64,000 bases of DNA, taken from positions 17,187,237 through 17,251,236 of the forward strand of contig NC_092672.1 of assembly GCF_964355755.1 (NCBI RefSeq). Reading direction: 5' to 3'. How positions within the stretch are numbered: position 1 is the stretch's first letter; each line of letters opens with the position of its first letter. The translations under genes and the position numbers were made by a program. The notes under the pieces were generated by a model, which searched no databases, was not told where the DNA came from, and was given only the letters and a program-made list of their open reading frames with translations. Of this stretch, positions 36,605 through 48,990 are shown one piece after another. The stretch comes from Antedon mediterranea. Lineage: Eukaryota; Animalia; Echinodermata.

Positions 36605-39196
36605 GAAAGAGATAGATCAGCGAGAGAGAGATAGATCAGTGAGAGAAAGATATATAGATCAGCGTAAGAGAGATTTATAGATCAGCGAGAGAGAGATAGA
36701 TAGATCAGCGAGAGAGAGATAGATCAGCGACAGAGAGATAGATAGATCAGCGATAGAGAGATAGATCAGCGAGAGAGATAGATCAGCGAGAGAGAGATAG
36801 ATCAGCGAGAGAGAGAGATAGATCAGCGAGAGAGGGATAGATCAGCGAGAGAGAGAGATAGATCAGCGAGAGAGAGATAGATCAGCGAAAGAGAGAGATA
36901 GATCAGCGACAGAGATAGATCAGCGAGAGAGAGATAGATCAGCGAGAGAGAGATAGATCAGCGAGAGAGAGAGATAGATCAGGGAGAGAGAGATAGATCA
37001 GCGAGAGTGACATAGATCAGCGAGAGAGAGATAGATCAGCGAGAGAGGGATAGATCAGCGAGAGAGAGAGATAGATCAGCGAGAGAGAGATAGATCAGCG
37101 AGAGAGAGATAGATCAGCGAGAGAGAGATAGATCAGCAAGAGAGAGAGAGATAGATCAGCGAGAGAGAGATAGATCAGCGAGAGAGAGATAGATCAGCGA
37201 GAGAGAGATAGATCAGCGAGAGAGAGAGATAGGTCAGCGAGAGAGAGAAAGATCAGCGAGAGAGAGATATATTAGCGAGAGAGAGAGATAGATAGATCAG
37301 CGAGAGAGAGATAGATAGATCAGCGAGAGAGAGATAGATAGATCAGCGATAGAGAGATAGATCAGCGAGAGAGAGAGATAGATCAGCGAGAGAGAGATAC
37401 ATCAGCGAGAGTGAGATAAATCAGCGAGAGTGAGATAGATCAGCGAGAGAGAGATAGATCAGCAAGACAGATAGATCAGCGAGAGAGAGAGATAGATCAG
37501 CGAGAGAAAGATAGATCAGCGAGAAAGAGAGATAGATCAGCGACAGAGAGATAGATAGATCAGAGACAGAGAGATATATCAGTGACAGATAGATAGATAG
37601 ATCAGCGAGAGAGAGATAGATCAGCGAGAGAGAGAGAGATAGATCAGCGAGAGAGATAGATCAGCGGGAGAGAGAGAGATAGATCAGCGAGAGAGAGATA
37701 GATCAGCGAGAGAGAGAGATAGATCAGCGAGAGAGAGATAGATCAGCGAGAGAGAGATAGATCAGCGAGAGAGATAGATCAGCGAGAGAGAGATAGATAG
37801 ATCAGCGAGAGAGAGATAGATAGATCAGCGATAGAGAGATAGATCAGCGAGAGAGAGATAGATCAGCGAGAGAGAGATAGATCAGCGAGAGAGATAGATC
37901 AGCGAGAGATAGAGATATATCAGCGATAGAGAGATAGATAGATCAGCAAGAGAGAGATAGATCAGCGAGAGAGAGATAGATCAGCGAGAGAGAGATAGAT
38001 CAGCGAGAGAGAGAGAGATATATCAGTGAGAGAGAGATAGATCAGCGAGAGAGAGAGATAGATCAGAGAGAGAGAGATAGATCAGCGAGAGAGAGATAGA
38101 TCAGCGAGAGAGAGATAGATCAGCGAGAGAGAGATAGATCAGCGAGAGAGATAGATAGATCAGCGAGAGAGAGATAGATCAGCGAGAGAGAGATAGATCA
38201 GCGAGAGAAAGATAGATCAGCGAAAGAGAGAGATAGATCAGCGAGAGAGATAGATCAGCGGGAGAGAGAGAGATAGATCAGCGAGAGAGAGATAGATCAG
38301 CGAGAGAGAGAGATAGATCAGCGAGAGAGAGATAGATCAGCGAGAGAGAGATAGATCAGCGAGAGAGAGAGAGAGATAGATCAGCGAGAGAGAGAGATAG
38401 ATCAGCGAGAGAGAGATAGATCAGCGAGAGAGAAGATCAGCGAGAGAGAGATAGATCAGCGAGAGAGAGATGGATCAGCGAGAGAGAGATAGATCAGCGA
38501 GAGAGAGATAGATCAGCGAGAGAGATAGATCAGCGAGAGAGAGGTAGATCAGCGAGAGAGAGATAGATCAGCGCGAGAGAGATAGATCAGCGAGAGAGAG
38601 AGATAGATCAGTGAGAGAGAGAGATAGATCAGCGAGAGAGAAATAGATCAGCGGGAGAGAGATAGATAGATCAGCGAGAGAGAGAGAGATAGATCAGCGA
38701 GAGAGAGAGAGATAGATCAGCGAGAGAGAGAGAGAAAGAGAGAGAGAGATATTTCAGCGAGAGAGAGAGATAGATCAGCGAGAGAGAGATAGATCAGCGA
38801 GAGAGAGATAGATCAGCCAAAGAGAGATAGATCAGCAAAAGAGAGATAGATAAGCGAGAGAGAGAGATAGATCAGCGAGAGAGAGATAGATCAGCGAGAG
38901 TGAGATAGATCAGCGAGAGAGAGATAGATCAGCGAGAGAGAGATAGATCAGCGAGAGAGGGATAAATCAGCGAGAGAGAGAGATAGATCAGGCGACCGAG
39001 AGAGAGATAGATCAGTGAGAGAGAGATAGATCTGGAAGAGAGAGAGATATATCAGCGAGAGAGAGAGATAGATCAGCGAGAGAGAGATAGATCAGCTAGA
39101 GAGAGAGATAGATCAGCGAGAGAGAGATAGATCAGCGAGAGAGAGATAGATCAGCAAGAGAGAGATAGATCAGCGAGAGAGAGAGAGAGATAGATC

Positions 39197-39227
<31 letters not shown>

Positions 39228-39825
39228 TCAGCGAGAGAGAGAGAGAGAGAGAGATAGATCAGCGAGAGAGAGATAGATCAGCGAGAGAGAGAGAGAGATC
39301 AGCGAGAGAGAGATAGATCAGCGAGAGAGAGAGAGATCAGCGAGAGAGAGATAGATCATTGAGAGAGAGATAGATCGGCGAAAGAGGGATAGATCAGCGA
39401 GGGAGAGATAGATCAGCGAGAGAGAAATAGATAGATCAGCGAGAGAGAGATAGATAGATCAGCGAGAGAGAGATAGATCAGCGAGAGAGAGAGATAGATC
39501 AGCGAGAGAGAGATAGATCAGCGAGAGAGAAGATCAGCGAGAGAGAGATAGATCAGCGAGAGAGAGATGGATCAGCGAGAGAGAGATAGATCAGCGAGAG
39601 AGAGATAGATCAGCGAGAGAGATAGATCAGCGAGAGAGAGGTAGATCAGCGAGAGAGAGATAGATCAGCGCGAGAGAGATAGATCAGCGAGAGAGAGAGA
39701 TAGATCAGTGAGAGAGAGAGATAGATCAGCGAGAGAGAAATAGATCAGCGAGAGAGAGATAGATAGATAGATCAGCGAAAGAGAGAGAGAGAGATAGATC
39801 AGCGAGAGAGAGAGAGAGAGATAGA

Positions 39826-39856
<31 letters not shown>

Positions 39857-40012
39857 TATTTCAGCGAGAGAGAGAGATAGATCAGCGAGAGAGAGATAGA
39901 TCAGCGAGAGAGAGATAGATCAGCCAGAGAGAGATAGATCAGCGAAAGAGAGATAGATAAGCGAGAGAGAGAGATAGATCAGCGAGAGAGAGATAGATCA
40001 GCGAGAGAGTGA
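36605..40012 (+). repeat. 19-bp GA-rich satellite, block 2
   Basis: Direct reading. Confidence 0.98.
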
Positions 40013-40060
40013 TTACTTACTTACAGCAATGCTGGGTCCGGAGTCGAGGCTAGGCTATGC

Positions 40061-43024
40061 CTATAAGCTCCTCTTGATAATTACATCAACTCTTAAATAT
40101 GGCGCAAATTTAAGCGGGTGGTTGGACCATGCCCGTTCAAGCCCGGACTTAAATTGATTGGTTGATCTTGAAGCTACTACATCCTCCGATAACGAATTCC
40201 ATAATATAATAGCTTTTCGACCAAATGAGTCCCTCATCCAATTTGTGCGTGAGAACTTAAATTTTAATTTAAAAGAATGACCACGTGTTCTAACATCTTC
40301 ATCACGTTCAAAAAAAGAATCAGCAGAAATACTATCCACTCCATGTAACATTTTAAAAATCTGTATCAAATGAGCTCTTTGCCTTCTGTATGCGAGAGTA
40401 GGTAGGCTGAGAATTTTCAGCCTTTCTGAATAAGGTAAATGACGAATTGAAAATATAAGCTTGGTGGCACGTTCTTGGACTTTTTCCAATAGGTCTTCCT
40501 CCTTACAATGTAGCGAGTTAAAAACAACGTTGCAGTATTCCAAGGTCGGACGAATAATAGCTTTATATAAACGAAGAAACCCATCCATATTTAAAAACTT
40601 GAAAGCCCGATATACCATGCCCAACTTCCGATTTGCTCTCATTGCTACATCTGCCACATGTACATTAAAAACAAGTTTAGAGTCAATAGTAACACCGAGG
40701 TCTTTTTCATGATCAACTTCATTCAATAAGAAACCACGCATGGCATACAGATGTTTGTTGTTTTTCTTCCCAAAGTGCATTACTTTGCACTTACCCTCGT
40801 TAAAAGGTAATTGCCATTTGTCAGACCAGTCACATGCTTTCTCTAAATCTTCTTGTAGAACTTGAGCATCATTCACAGTGTTAACTACTCTATACAATTT
40901 AGTATCATCTGCAAACATACGTACAGAGGAAGAAATAACAGAAGGTAAATCATTTATAAACATAATGAAAAGAACAGGTCCAACGACGCTTCCTTGCGGG
41001 ATACCACTACGAACATCAGCCCAATCTGAAACACATCCATTGACACTAACCCGTTGTTGTCTATCGTTAAGAAATTCTTGAAACCAGTTTTAGAAGTTTA
41101 CCTCAAATACCCAATGCACTCATTTTCAGAAGGAGTCTATGATGAGGCACACTATCGAAAGCCTTCTTGTAGTCAAGGTAGATACAATCAAAACAATCCT
41201 GATTATCAAAATAAGAAAACCAGTTTTCAAGAACATCAAGTAATTGTAAAGCACAGGAACGACCTTGCCGGAAACCAAATTGCTCATAACAAATAAGTGA
41301 GTGATGTTCAAGAAAGTCCAATAATTCCTTCCTGATAATTCTCTCCATAATTTTACCAACTACTGAAGTTAAACTCACAGGTCTATAGTCTAGTTGCTTG
41401 GGTCAGACTTCACTCCTTTTTTAAAAATCGGTACCACTGTAGCCCGTTTCCAACTATTAGGGACGGCTTCTTCTTGAAACAATTTCGTAAAAATAATATG
41501 TAGGGGGTAGCAAATGATATCCTTTAGTTCGACTAAGATGCGTGGGTGAATACCATCAGGTCCAGCTGTTTTAGTAATATTCAACGTTGATAAAATATTT
41601 AAGATTTCGTCACAAGGAAAGTCAACTTGAGATAAAAAAAATCCTCTGAAATGTCATCAACAGCCGGTACATTCGAAAAATTTTCATCGACAAATACACT
41701 ACTAAAAAACGTGTTTAGCAACTCAGCCTTATCCTTGTCATCAGACACATGCCTTCCATTACTATCAGTTAAGTTGGGTATACCAGACTTTATATTGATC
41801 TGAGAACTGAGATACCTCCAAAAAGACTTTTCAATAGATTTGATCTCAATTGCTATTTTATTTTCGAAGTCAGATTTACTACATCGAATCAGATCTACTG
41901 TTTGATTTCTTACTTGGACAAACTTCGACCATTTTGCTGACACACATACTTTTTGTTTTCTCTTTGCCTTTACATACTGTTTCCAACATTTATTCTTTTT
42001 GGCAATCTGCTTTTCAATTTTTTTGTTCATCCAAAGGGGGTTTTCTTCCGTGGCAAACCTTCCTCATCGGGATACACTCATCAATATTCTTCGCAAGTAT
42101 ATGCTCGAATTCGTCCCACGATTGAATACCTGATTTGTCATTGAAAACCACATCCCAATCTACCAAACCAATTTTCTTGCGCAGCAAATCATAGTTACCA
42201 TGCCTGTAACTTCGAATATTTGGTTCAATTCTGTCATCTCTTACAAGATCCAATGAAAATTGTAACATCATATGGTCGCTTTTACCCAGTGGTGGAGACT
42301 GCATAATGCCATTTATAGTATTCTCTTTGTCTGTAAAAACCAGATCCAAAACATTGGGTGTTTCGCCTTCTCTGTATCTAGTAGGTTCCATAACGTGTTG
42401 AATTAAAAATAGATCGTTGATGGTGTCAAAGAAACTTCTGCTGGAATCTCCATCTTCCGAAGACACACAATTGAATTCCCAGTTAATACTTTTATAGTTA
42501 AAATCACCGACAACGATTAAATCAGAAAAAGATGATTTATATACTTCACGGAACAATGAGTTCAGCTTGATATTATTATCCATACTACAAGTCGGGCTAG
42601 GGTAAACACAACCTAATAAAAGATCCGTTTTTACTTCTTTTACTCTAACCCAAACTGACTCTACAAACTTATTCTTCTTAAAGAAAATTTGGGAAACTGA
42701 AATTCCATTTCTGACATAAATTAAAACACCACGACCAGAAGTAAAATCCTCATTCGAAAAAAATGCTTGGTAACCTTGGACACGAAATTCATTTATCAGT
42801 GGCGGGTACAAACAATGCTTTGGTAAAATCTCTGTCAATGCAATAAAATCAACTTTTTCTGAAACCAAACGGGAAAGTAACTCTGACTTCTTATTTAGAA
42901 AACCATCACAATTTGAGTACCAAAAGTTAAATTTCTGATTGGAAAACGTACTTTCTTTTAAATTAGAGAACTTTCTGTTTTTATTTTCTTTATTGGGAAC
43001 GAAAAAGCTTCTCAATCTTCCCAC
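40061..43024 (-). pseudogene. LINE ORF2 (APE endonuclease + reverse transcriptase), split by several frameshifts and stops
   Basis: Collinear fragments: IALTE/GDFN/SDH (42014-43024), 41599-42030, GPDGIHPRIL, EQFGFRQGRSC...YLDYKKAFDSVPH, GIPQGSVVGP, MFADDTK, EKDLGV, LEKVQERATK. Confidence 0.92.
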
Positions 43025-43844
43025 TTCGGATAACTATGTCTTTCTCACCTGCATCTAATCGCGTTTTTAATTCACCTTTTACCTTAGTGAATGCTTCTCT
43101 TTCTTTCATGGTTCTATCATTACTAACAGCAAAACCCTTTTGAATTGCTAAAGAAAAAACTTGACGTTTAATAGACTCCTTTCTGAAAACTAATTTCAAA
43201 GGCCTCTTAATATCCTTCTCAGCTTTTCCAACACGATAGATAACTTTCATTTCGGCGTCGATATCAACTGAACCGTTACAAAAAGAACGGATAACAGATA
43301 AGTCATGTTGTTTGCGGATCATGGGATCACTACTTGTATTTTCCTCAATATTATATAACATTAGGTTACACCTTCTTCTTTCCTTCTCAGCTTCATCTTC
43401 AAATCTCTCATTTATTGCTGTTAACAAATCAATCTTATCAGTTGAATCCTCAGCCTTGAGATCAGCAATATCACTTGAATTTCGTGTGATAGTTTCATCT
43501 ATACGTTTTATGTCTTTGAGAATATTTTCTTGTGTTTTACCGATCGTCGACAACGCTTTCAAAAAACCACAAGCAGACTTATTACAGGTACGACAATACC
43601 AATGAAGGCCCTGTTCACCAGATGAAATAACATCAAATAAAGACTTTCCTACGTCTTGACATGAACAATGAAAACAAAACCCACACATGCCACACGTTAC
43701 TGATTGATTATCAACAGCTTTACTACAACTACCACATAGGCCTAGATGAGGTATCGAATCATCCCCCGCTGGGGTTAACGCCGACCTAAGCTTACGAGCT
43801 GTCTTAGGCCTACCACCACCTCCAATATAGCCTCCACTAGCCAT
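42990..43844 (-). CDS. LINE ORF1, 284 aa: PHD finger, coiled coil, RRM-like region
   Basis: CGSC...CGMC...FHCSC...WYCRTC (C4HC3); RRCNLMLYNIEE; YRVGK...RPLKLVF. Confidence 0.9.
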   Translation of the reverse strand: MASGGYIGGGGRPKTARKLRSALTPAGDDSIPHLGLCGSCSKAVDNQSVTCGMCGFCFHCSCQDVGKSLFDVISSGEQGLHWYCRTCNKSACGFLKALSTIGKTQENILKDIKRIDETITRNSSDIADLKAEDSTDKIDLLTAINERFEDEAEKERRRCNLMLYNIEENTSSDPMIRKQHDLSVIRSFCNGSVDIDAEMKVIYRVGKAEKDIKRPLKLVFRKESIKRQVFSLAIQKGFAVSNDRTMKEREAFTKVKGELKTRLDAGEKDIVIRSGKIEKLFRSQ

Positions 43845-44020
43845 CCATAAAAATCACAACAATCCTTGAACAAAAAGGCTTATTTTCTAAATAATACTAA
43901 AGAGCAAATAGCGTTATGTTTTTTAAATACTTGCGATCGAAAATTGTAAAAATAATGATAGTAAAAAGATCTCTAGACTACGAAATCACAAACACGACCA
44001 CCCACCGCTAGTGCGCCCTC

Positions 44021-45106
44021 TCAGCGAGAGAGAGATAGATCAGCGAGAGAGAGATAGATAGATCAGCGAGAGAGAGATAGATCAGCGACAGAGAGATAGA
44101 TCAGCGAGGGAGAGATAGATCAGCGAGAGAGAGATAGATCATCGAGAGAGAGAGATAGATCAGCGAGAGAGAGATAGATCAGCGACAGAGAGATAGATCA
44201 GCGACAGAGAGATAGATCAGCGACAGAGAGATAGATAGATAAGCGAGAGAGATAGATCAGCGACAGAGAGATAGATAGATAAGCGAGAGAGAGAGAGATA
44301 GATCAGCGAGAGAGAGAGATAGATCAGCGAGAGAGAGAGAGAGAGATAGATCAGCGACAGGGAGATAGATAGATCAGCGAGAGAGAGATAGATCAGCAAG
44401 AGAGAGATAGATCAGCGATAGAGAGATAGATCAGCGCGAGAGAGATAGATCAGCGAGAGAGATAGATCAGCGAGAGAGATAGATCAGCGAGAGAGAGATA
44501 GATCAGGGAGAGAGAGAGATGGATCAGCGAGAGAGATAGATAGATCAGCGAGAGAGAGATAGATCAGCGAGAGAGAGATAGATCAGCGAGAGAGAGATAG
44601 ATCAGCGTGAGATAGATAGATCAGCAAGAGAGAGATAGATCAGCGAGAGAGAGATAGATCAGCGAGAGAGAGATAGTTCAGCGAGAGAGAGAGATAGATC
44701 AGCGAGAGAGATATAGATCAGCGAGAGAGAGATAGATCAGCGAGAAAGAGATAGATCAGTGAGAGAGAGATAGATCAGCGAGAGAGAGATAGTTCGGCGA
44801 GAGAGAGATAGATCAGCGAGAAAGAGATAGATCAGTGAGAGAGAGATAGATCAGCGAGAGAGAGATAGTTCGGCGAGAGAGAGATAGATCAGCGAGAGAG
44901 AGATAGATAGATCAGCGAGAGAGATATAGATCAGCGAGAAAGAGATAGATCAGCAAGAAAGAGATAGATCAGTGAGAGAGAGATAGATCGGCGAGAGAGA
45001 TAGATCGGCGAGAGAGAGATAGATCAGCGTGAGAGAGAGAGATAGATCAGCGAGAGAGAGATAGATCAGCGAGAGAGAGATAGACCAGCGAAAGAGAGAG
45101 GTAGAT

Positions 45107-45152
<46 letters not shown>

Positions 45153-48088
45153 GATCAGCGAGTCAGAGATAGATCAGCGAGAGAGAGATAGATCAGCGAG
45201 AGAGAGAGATAGATCAGCGAGAGAGAGATAGATCAGCGAGAGAGAGAGAGAGAGAGAGAGATAGATCAACGAGAGAGAGATAGATAAGCGAGACAGAGAG
45301 AGATAGATCAGCGAAAGAGAGAGAGATAGATCAGCGAGAGAGAGAGAGAGAGATAGATCAGCGACAGAGTGATAGATAGATCAGCGATAGAGAGATAGAT
45401 AGATCACCGACAGAGAGATAGATAGATCAGCGAAAGATAGATAGATCAGCGAGAGGGAGATATAGATCAGCTAGAGAGAGAGATAGATCGGCGAGAGAGA
45501 GAGATAGATCAGCGAGAGAGAGATAGAGATAGATCAGCGAGAGAGAGAGATAGATCAGCGAGAGATTGATAGATCAGCGAGAGAGAGAGATAGATCAGCG
45601 AGAGAGAGATAGATAGATCAGCGAGAGAGAGATAGATCAGCGACAGAGAGATAGATCAGCGACAGAGAGATAGATAGATCAGCGAGAGAGATAGATCAGC
45701 GAGAGAGAGATAGATCAGCGAGAGAGAGATAGATCAGCGAGAGAGAGATAGATCAGCGAGAGAGAGATAGATCAGCGTGAGAGAGATAGATCAGCGAGAG
45801 AGAGATAGATCAGCGAGAGAGAGATAGATCAGCGAGAGAGAGATAGTTCAGGGAGAGAGAGATAGATCAGCGAGAGAGAGAAAGATAGATCAGCGAGAAA
45901 GAGATAGATCAGCGAGAGAGAGATAGATCAGCGAGAGAGATAGATCAGCGAGAGAGATAGATCAGCGAGAGAGAGATAGATAGATAAGCGAGAGAGATAG
46001 ATAGATCAGCGAGAGAGAGATAGATAGATCAGCGAGAGAGAGATAGATAGATCAGCCAGAGAGAGATAGATCAGTGAGAGAGAGATAGGTAGATCAGAGA
46101 GAGATAGATCAGCGAGAGAGAGATAGATAAATAAGCGAGAGAGAGATAGATCAGCAACAGAGAGATAGATAGATCAGCGAGAGAGAGATAGATAGATCAG
46201 CGAGAGAGATAGATCAGCGACAGAGAGATAGATCAGCGAGAGAGATATAGATCAGTGACAGAGAGATAGATCAGCGAGAGAGAGATAGATCAGTGAGAGA
46301 GAGATAGATCAGCGAGAGAGAAAGATCAGCGAGAGAGAGATAGATCAGCGAGAGAGAGATAGATCAGCGAGAGAGAGAGATAGATCAGCGAGAGAGAGAT
46401 AGATCAGCGAGAGAGAGATAGATCAGCAAGAGAGAGATAGACCAGCGAGAGAGAGATAGATCAGCGAGAGAGAGAGATAGATCAGCGAGAGAAAGATAGA
46501 TCAGCGAGAGAGAGATAGATCAGCGAGAGAGAGATAGATCAGCGAGAGAGAGATAGATCAGCGAGAGAGAGATAGATAGATAGATTGATCAGTGAGAGAG
46601 AGATAGATCAGCGACAGAGAGATAGATAGATCAGCGAGAGAGAGATAGATCAGCGAGAGAGAGATAGATAGATCAGCGAGAGAGAGAGATAGATCAGCGA
46701 CAGAGAGAAAGATAGATCAGCGACAGAGAGAAAGATAGATCAGCGAGAGAGAGAGATAGATCAGCGACAGAGAGATAGATAGATCAGCGAGAGAGAGATA
46801 GATCAGCGAGAGAGAGATAGATCAGCGAGAGAGAGAGAGATAGATCAGCGAGAGAGAGAGAGATAGATCAGCGAGAGGGAGATAAATCAGCGAGAGAGAG
46901 ATAGATCAGCGAGAGAGAGATAGATCAGCGAGAGAGAGATAGATCAGCGTGAGAGCGATAGATCAGCGACAGAGAGATAGATCAGCGAGAGAGATAGATC
47001 AGCGAGAGAGATAGATCAGCGAGAGAGAGACAGATCAGCGAGAGAGAGAGATAGATCAGCGAGAGAGATAGATAGATCAGCGAGAGAGAGATAGATCAGC
47101 GAGAGAGAGATAGATCAGCGAGAGAGAGATAGATCAGCGTGAGAGAGATAGATCAGCGAGAGAGATAGATCAGCGAGAGAGAGATAGATCAGCGAGAGAG
47201 AGATAGTTCAGCGAGAGAGAGATAGATAGATCAGCGAGAGAGAGATAGATCAGCGAGAGAGAGAGATAGATAGATAAGCGAGAGAGAGAGATAGATCAGC
47301 GACAGAGAGAAAGATAGATCAGCGAGAGAGAGAGATAGATCAGCGACAGAGAGATAGATAGATCAGCGAGAGAGAGATAGATCAGCGACAGAGAGATAGA
47401 TCAGCGACAGAGAGATAGATAGATCAGCGAGAGAGAGATAGATCAGCGAGAGAGAGATAGATCAGCGAGAGAGAGAGAGAGAGATAGATCAGCGAGAGAG
47501 AGAGAGATAGATCAGCGAGAGAGAGATAAATCAGCGAGAGAGAGATAAATCAGCGAGAGAGAGATAGATCAGCGAGAGAGAGATAGATCAGCGAGAGAGA
47601 GATAGATCAGCGTGAGAGCGATAGATCAGCGAGAGAGAGATAGATCAGCGAGAGAGAGATAGATCAGCGACAGAGAGATAGATCAGCGAGAGAGATAGAT
47701 CAGCGAGAGAGATAGATCAGCGAGAGAGAGACAGATCAGCGAGAGAGAGAGATAGATCAGCGAGAGAGATAGATAGATCAGCGAGAGAGAGATAGATCAG
47801 CGAGAGAGAGATAGATCAGCGAGAGAGAGATAGATCAGCGTGAGAGAGATAGATCAGCGAGAGAGATAGATCAGCGAGAGAGAGATAGATCAGCGAGAGA
47901 GAGATAGTTCAGCGAGAGAGAGATAGATAGATCAGCGAGAGAGAGATAGATCAGCGAGAGAGAGAGATAGATAGATAAGCGAGAGAGAGATAGATAGATC
48001 AGCGAGAGATAGATCAGCGAGAGAGAGATAGATAGATCAGCGAGAGAGAGATAGATCAGCGACAGAGAGATAGATCAGCGAGGGAGAG
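44021..48088 (+). repeat. 19-bp GA-rich satellite, block 3
   Basis: Direct reading. Confidence 0.98.
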
Positions 48089-48990
48089 TAAATTTTTGCA
48101 ATTTTTCGAAAAAAAATCTTATGGTCCCCAGTAGGAAAATTTTTCGAAAAATGGCTAAATTTCGACCCTTTTATTTTTTGACATAACTAGTTACTATGGC
48201 TCTATAAGATGATGTTAACACAATATATTTGCATAAATGGCAATATTATATCATAATTATAGAATTTAAAAAATTGGAAATTTTGGCCCTTTTTAAAAAA
48301 AAATTCCTATAGTCCCCCAGAGGGAAATTTTTGAAAAATGGCAAAATGTTGACCCTTTTCTTTTTTAACATAACTAGTTACGATGGCTCTATAAGATGAT
48401 GTTAACACAATATATGTCCATAAATGGCAAAAATTATAGCATAATTATTTAATTTTAAAAAGTTTAAAATTTTTGCCATTTTCGACCCTTTTATATTTTG
48501 ACATAACTAGATACCATGGCTCTATAAGATGATGTTAGCACAATATATTTGAAAAAATGGCAATATTATAGCATAATTATTGAATTTTAAAAAGTGGGAA
48601 TTTTGGCCATTTTTCGACCCTTTTATTTTTTGGACATAACTAGCTGCTATGTCTCTATAAAAAGATGTTAACACAATATATTTACATAAATAGCAATATT
48701 ATAGCATAATTTTTGAATTTTAAAAAGTGGAAATTTTAGTCATTTTTCGAAAAAAATTCCTATGGAAAAAAATTCCCTCCAGGGAAATTTTCGCAAAAAT
48801 GGCCAAATTTTAACCCTTTTATTTGTTGACATAACTAGTTACTATGGCTCTATAAGATGATGTTAGCACAATATATTTGGAAAAATGGCAATTAAAAAAT
48901 GTAAATTTTCGCCATTTTTCGAAAAAAAATCTTATGGTCACCCTCGGTAAAATTTTCGAAAAATGGCCAAATTTAGACCCTTTTATTTTA
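48089..48990. repeat. Short AT-rich tandem repeat, ~5 copies, monomers of ~133 or ~190 bp
   Basis: ACATAACTAG...CTCTATAAGATGATGTTA recurs at about 48181, 48368, 48501, 48633 and 48829. Confidence 0.85.

Larger units (their letters stand above)
40013..44020 (-). mobile_element. Full-length CR1-type LINE (~4.0 kb) with (GTAA)n tail; ORF2 disrupted
   Basis: PHD-containing ORF1, APE endonuclease plus RT in ORF2, short 3' UTR, TTACTTACTTAC at 40013-40024. Confidence 0.92.

Noticed and set aside
33148-43605. Antisense or overlapping small ORFs within pol and the LINE
   Set aside because: Shadow frames of real coding sequence, with no independent motifs.
39998-44035. Target-site duplication of the LINE (TCAGCGAGAGAG(T/A)GA)
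   Set aside because: It is indistinguishable from ordinary satellite monomers, so it cannot be called.
13218-48088. 19-mer as a telomeric repeat, or as coding sequence (e.g. ORF 44217-44399)
   Set aside because: It is internal, variable in length and lacks G-runs. Its ORFs are translation artefacts.
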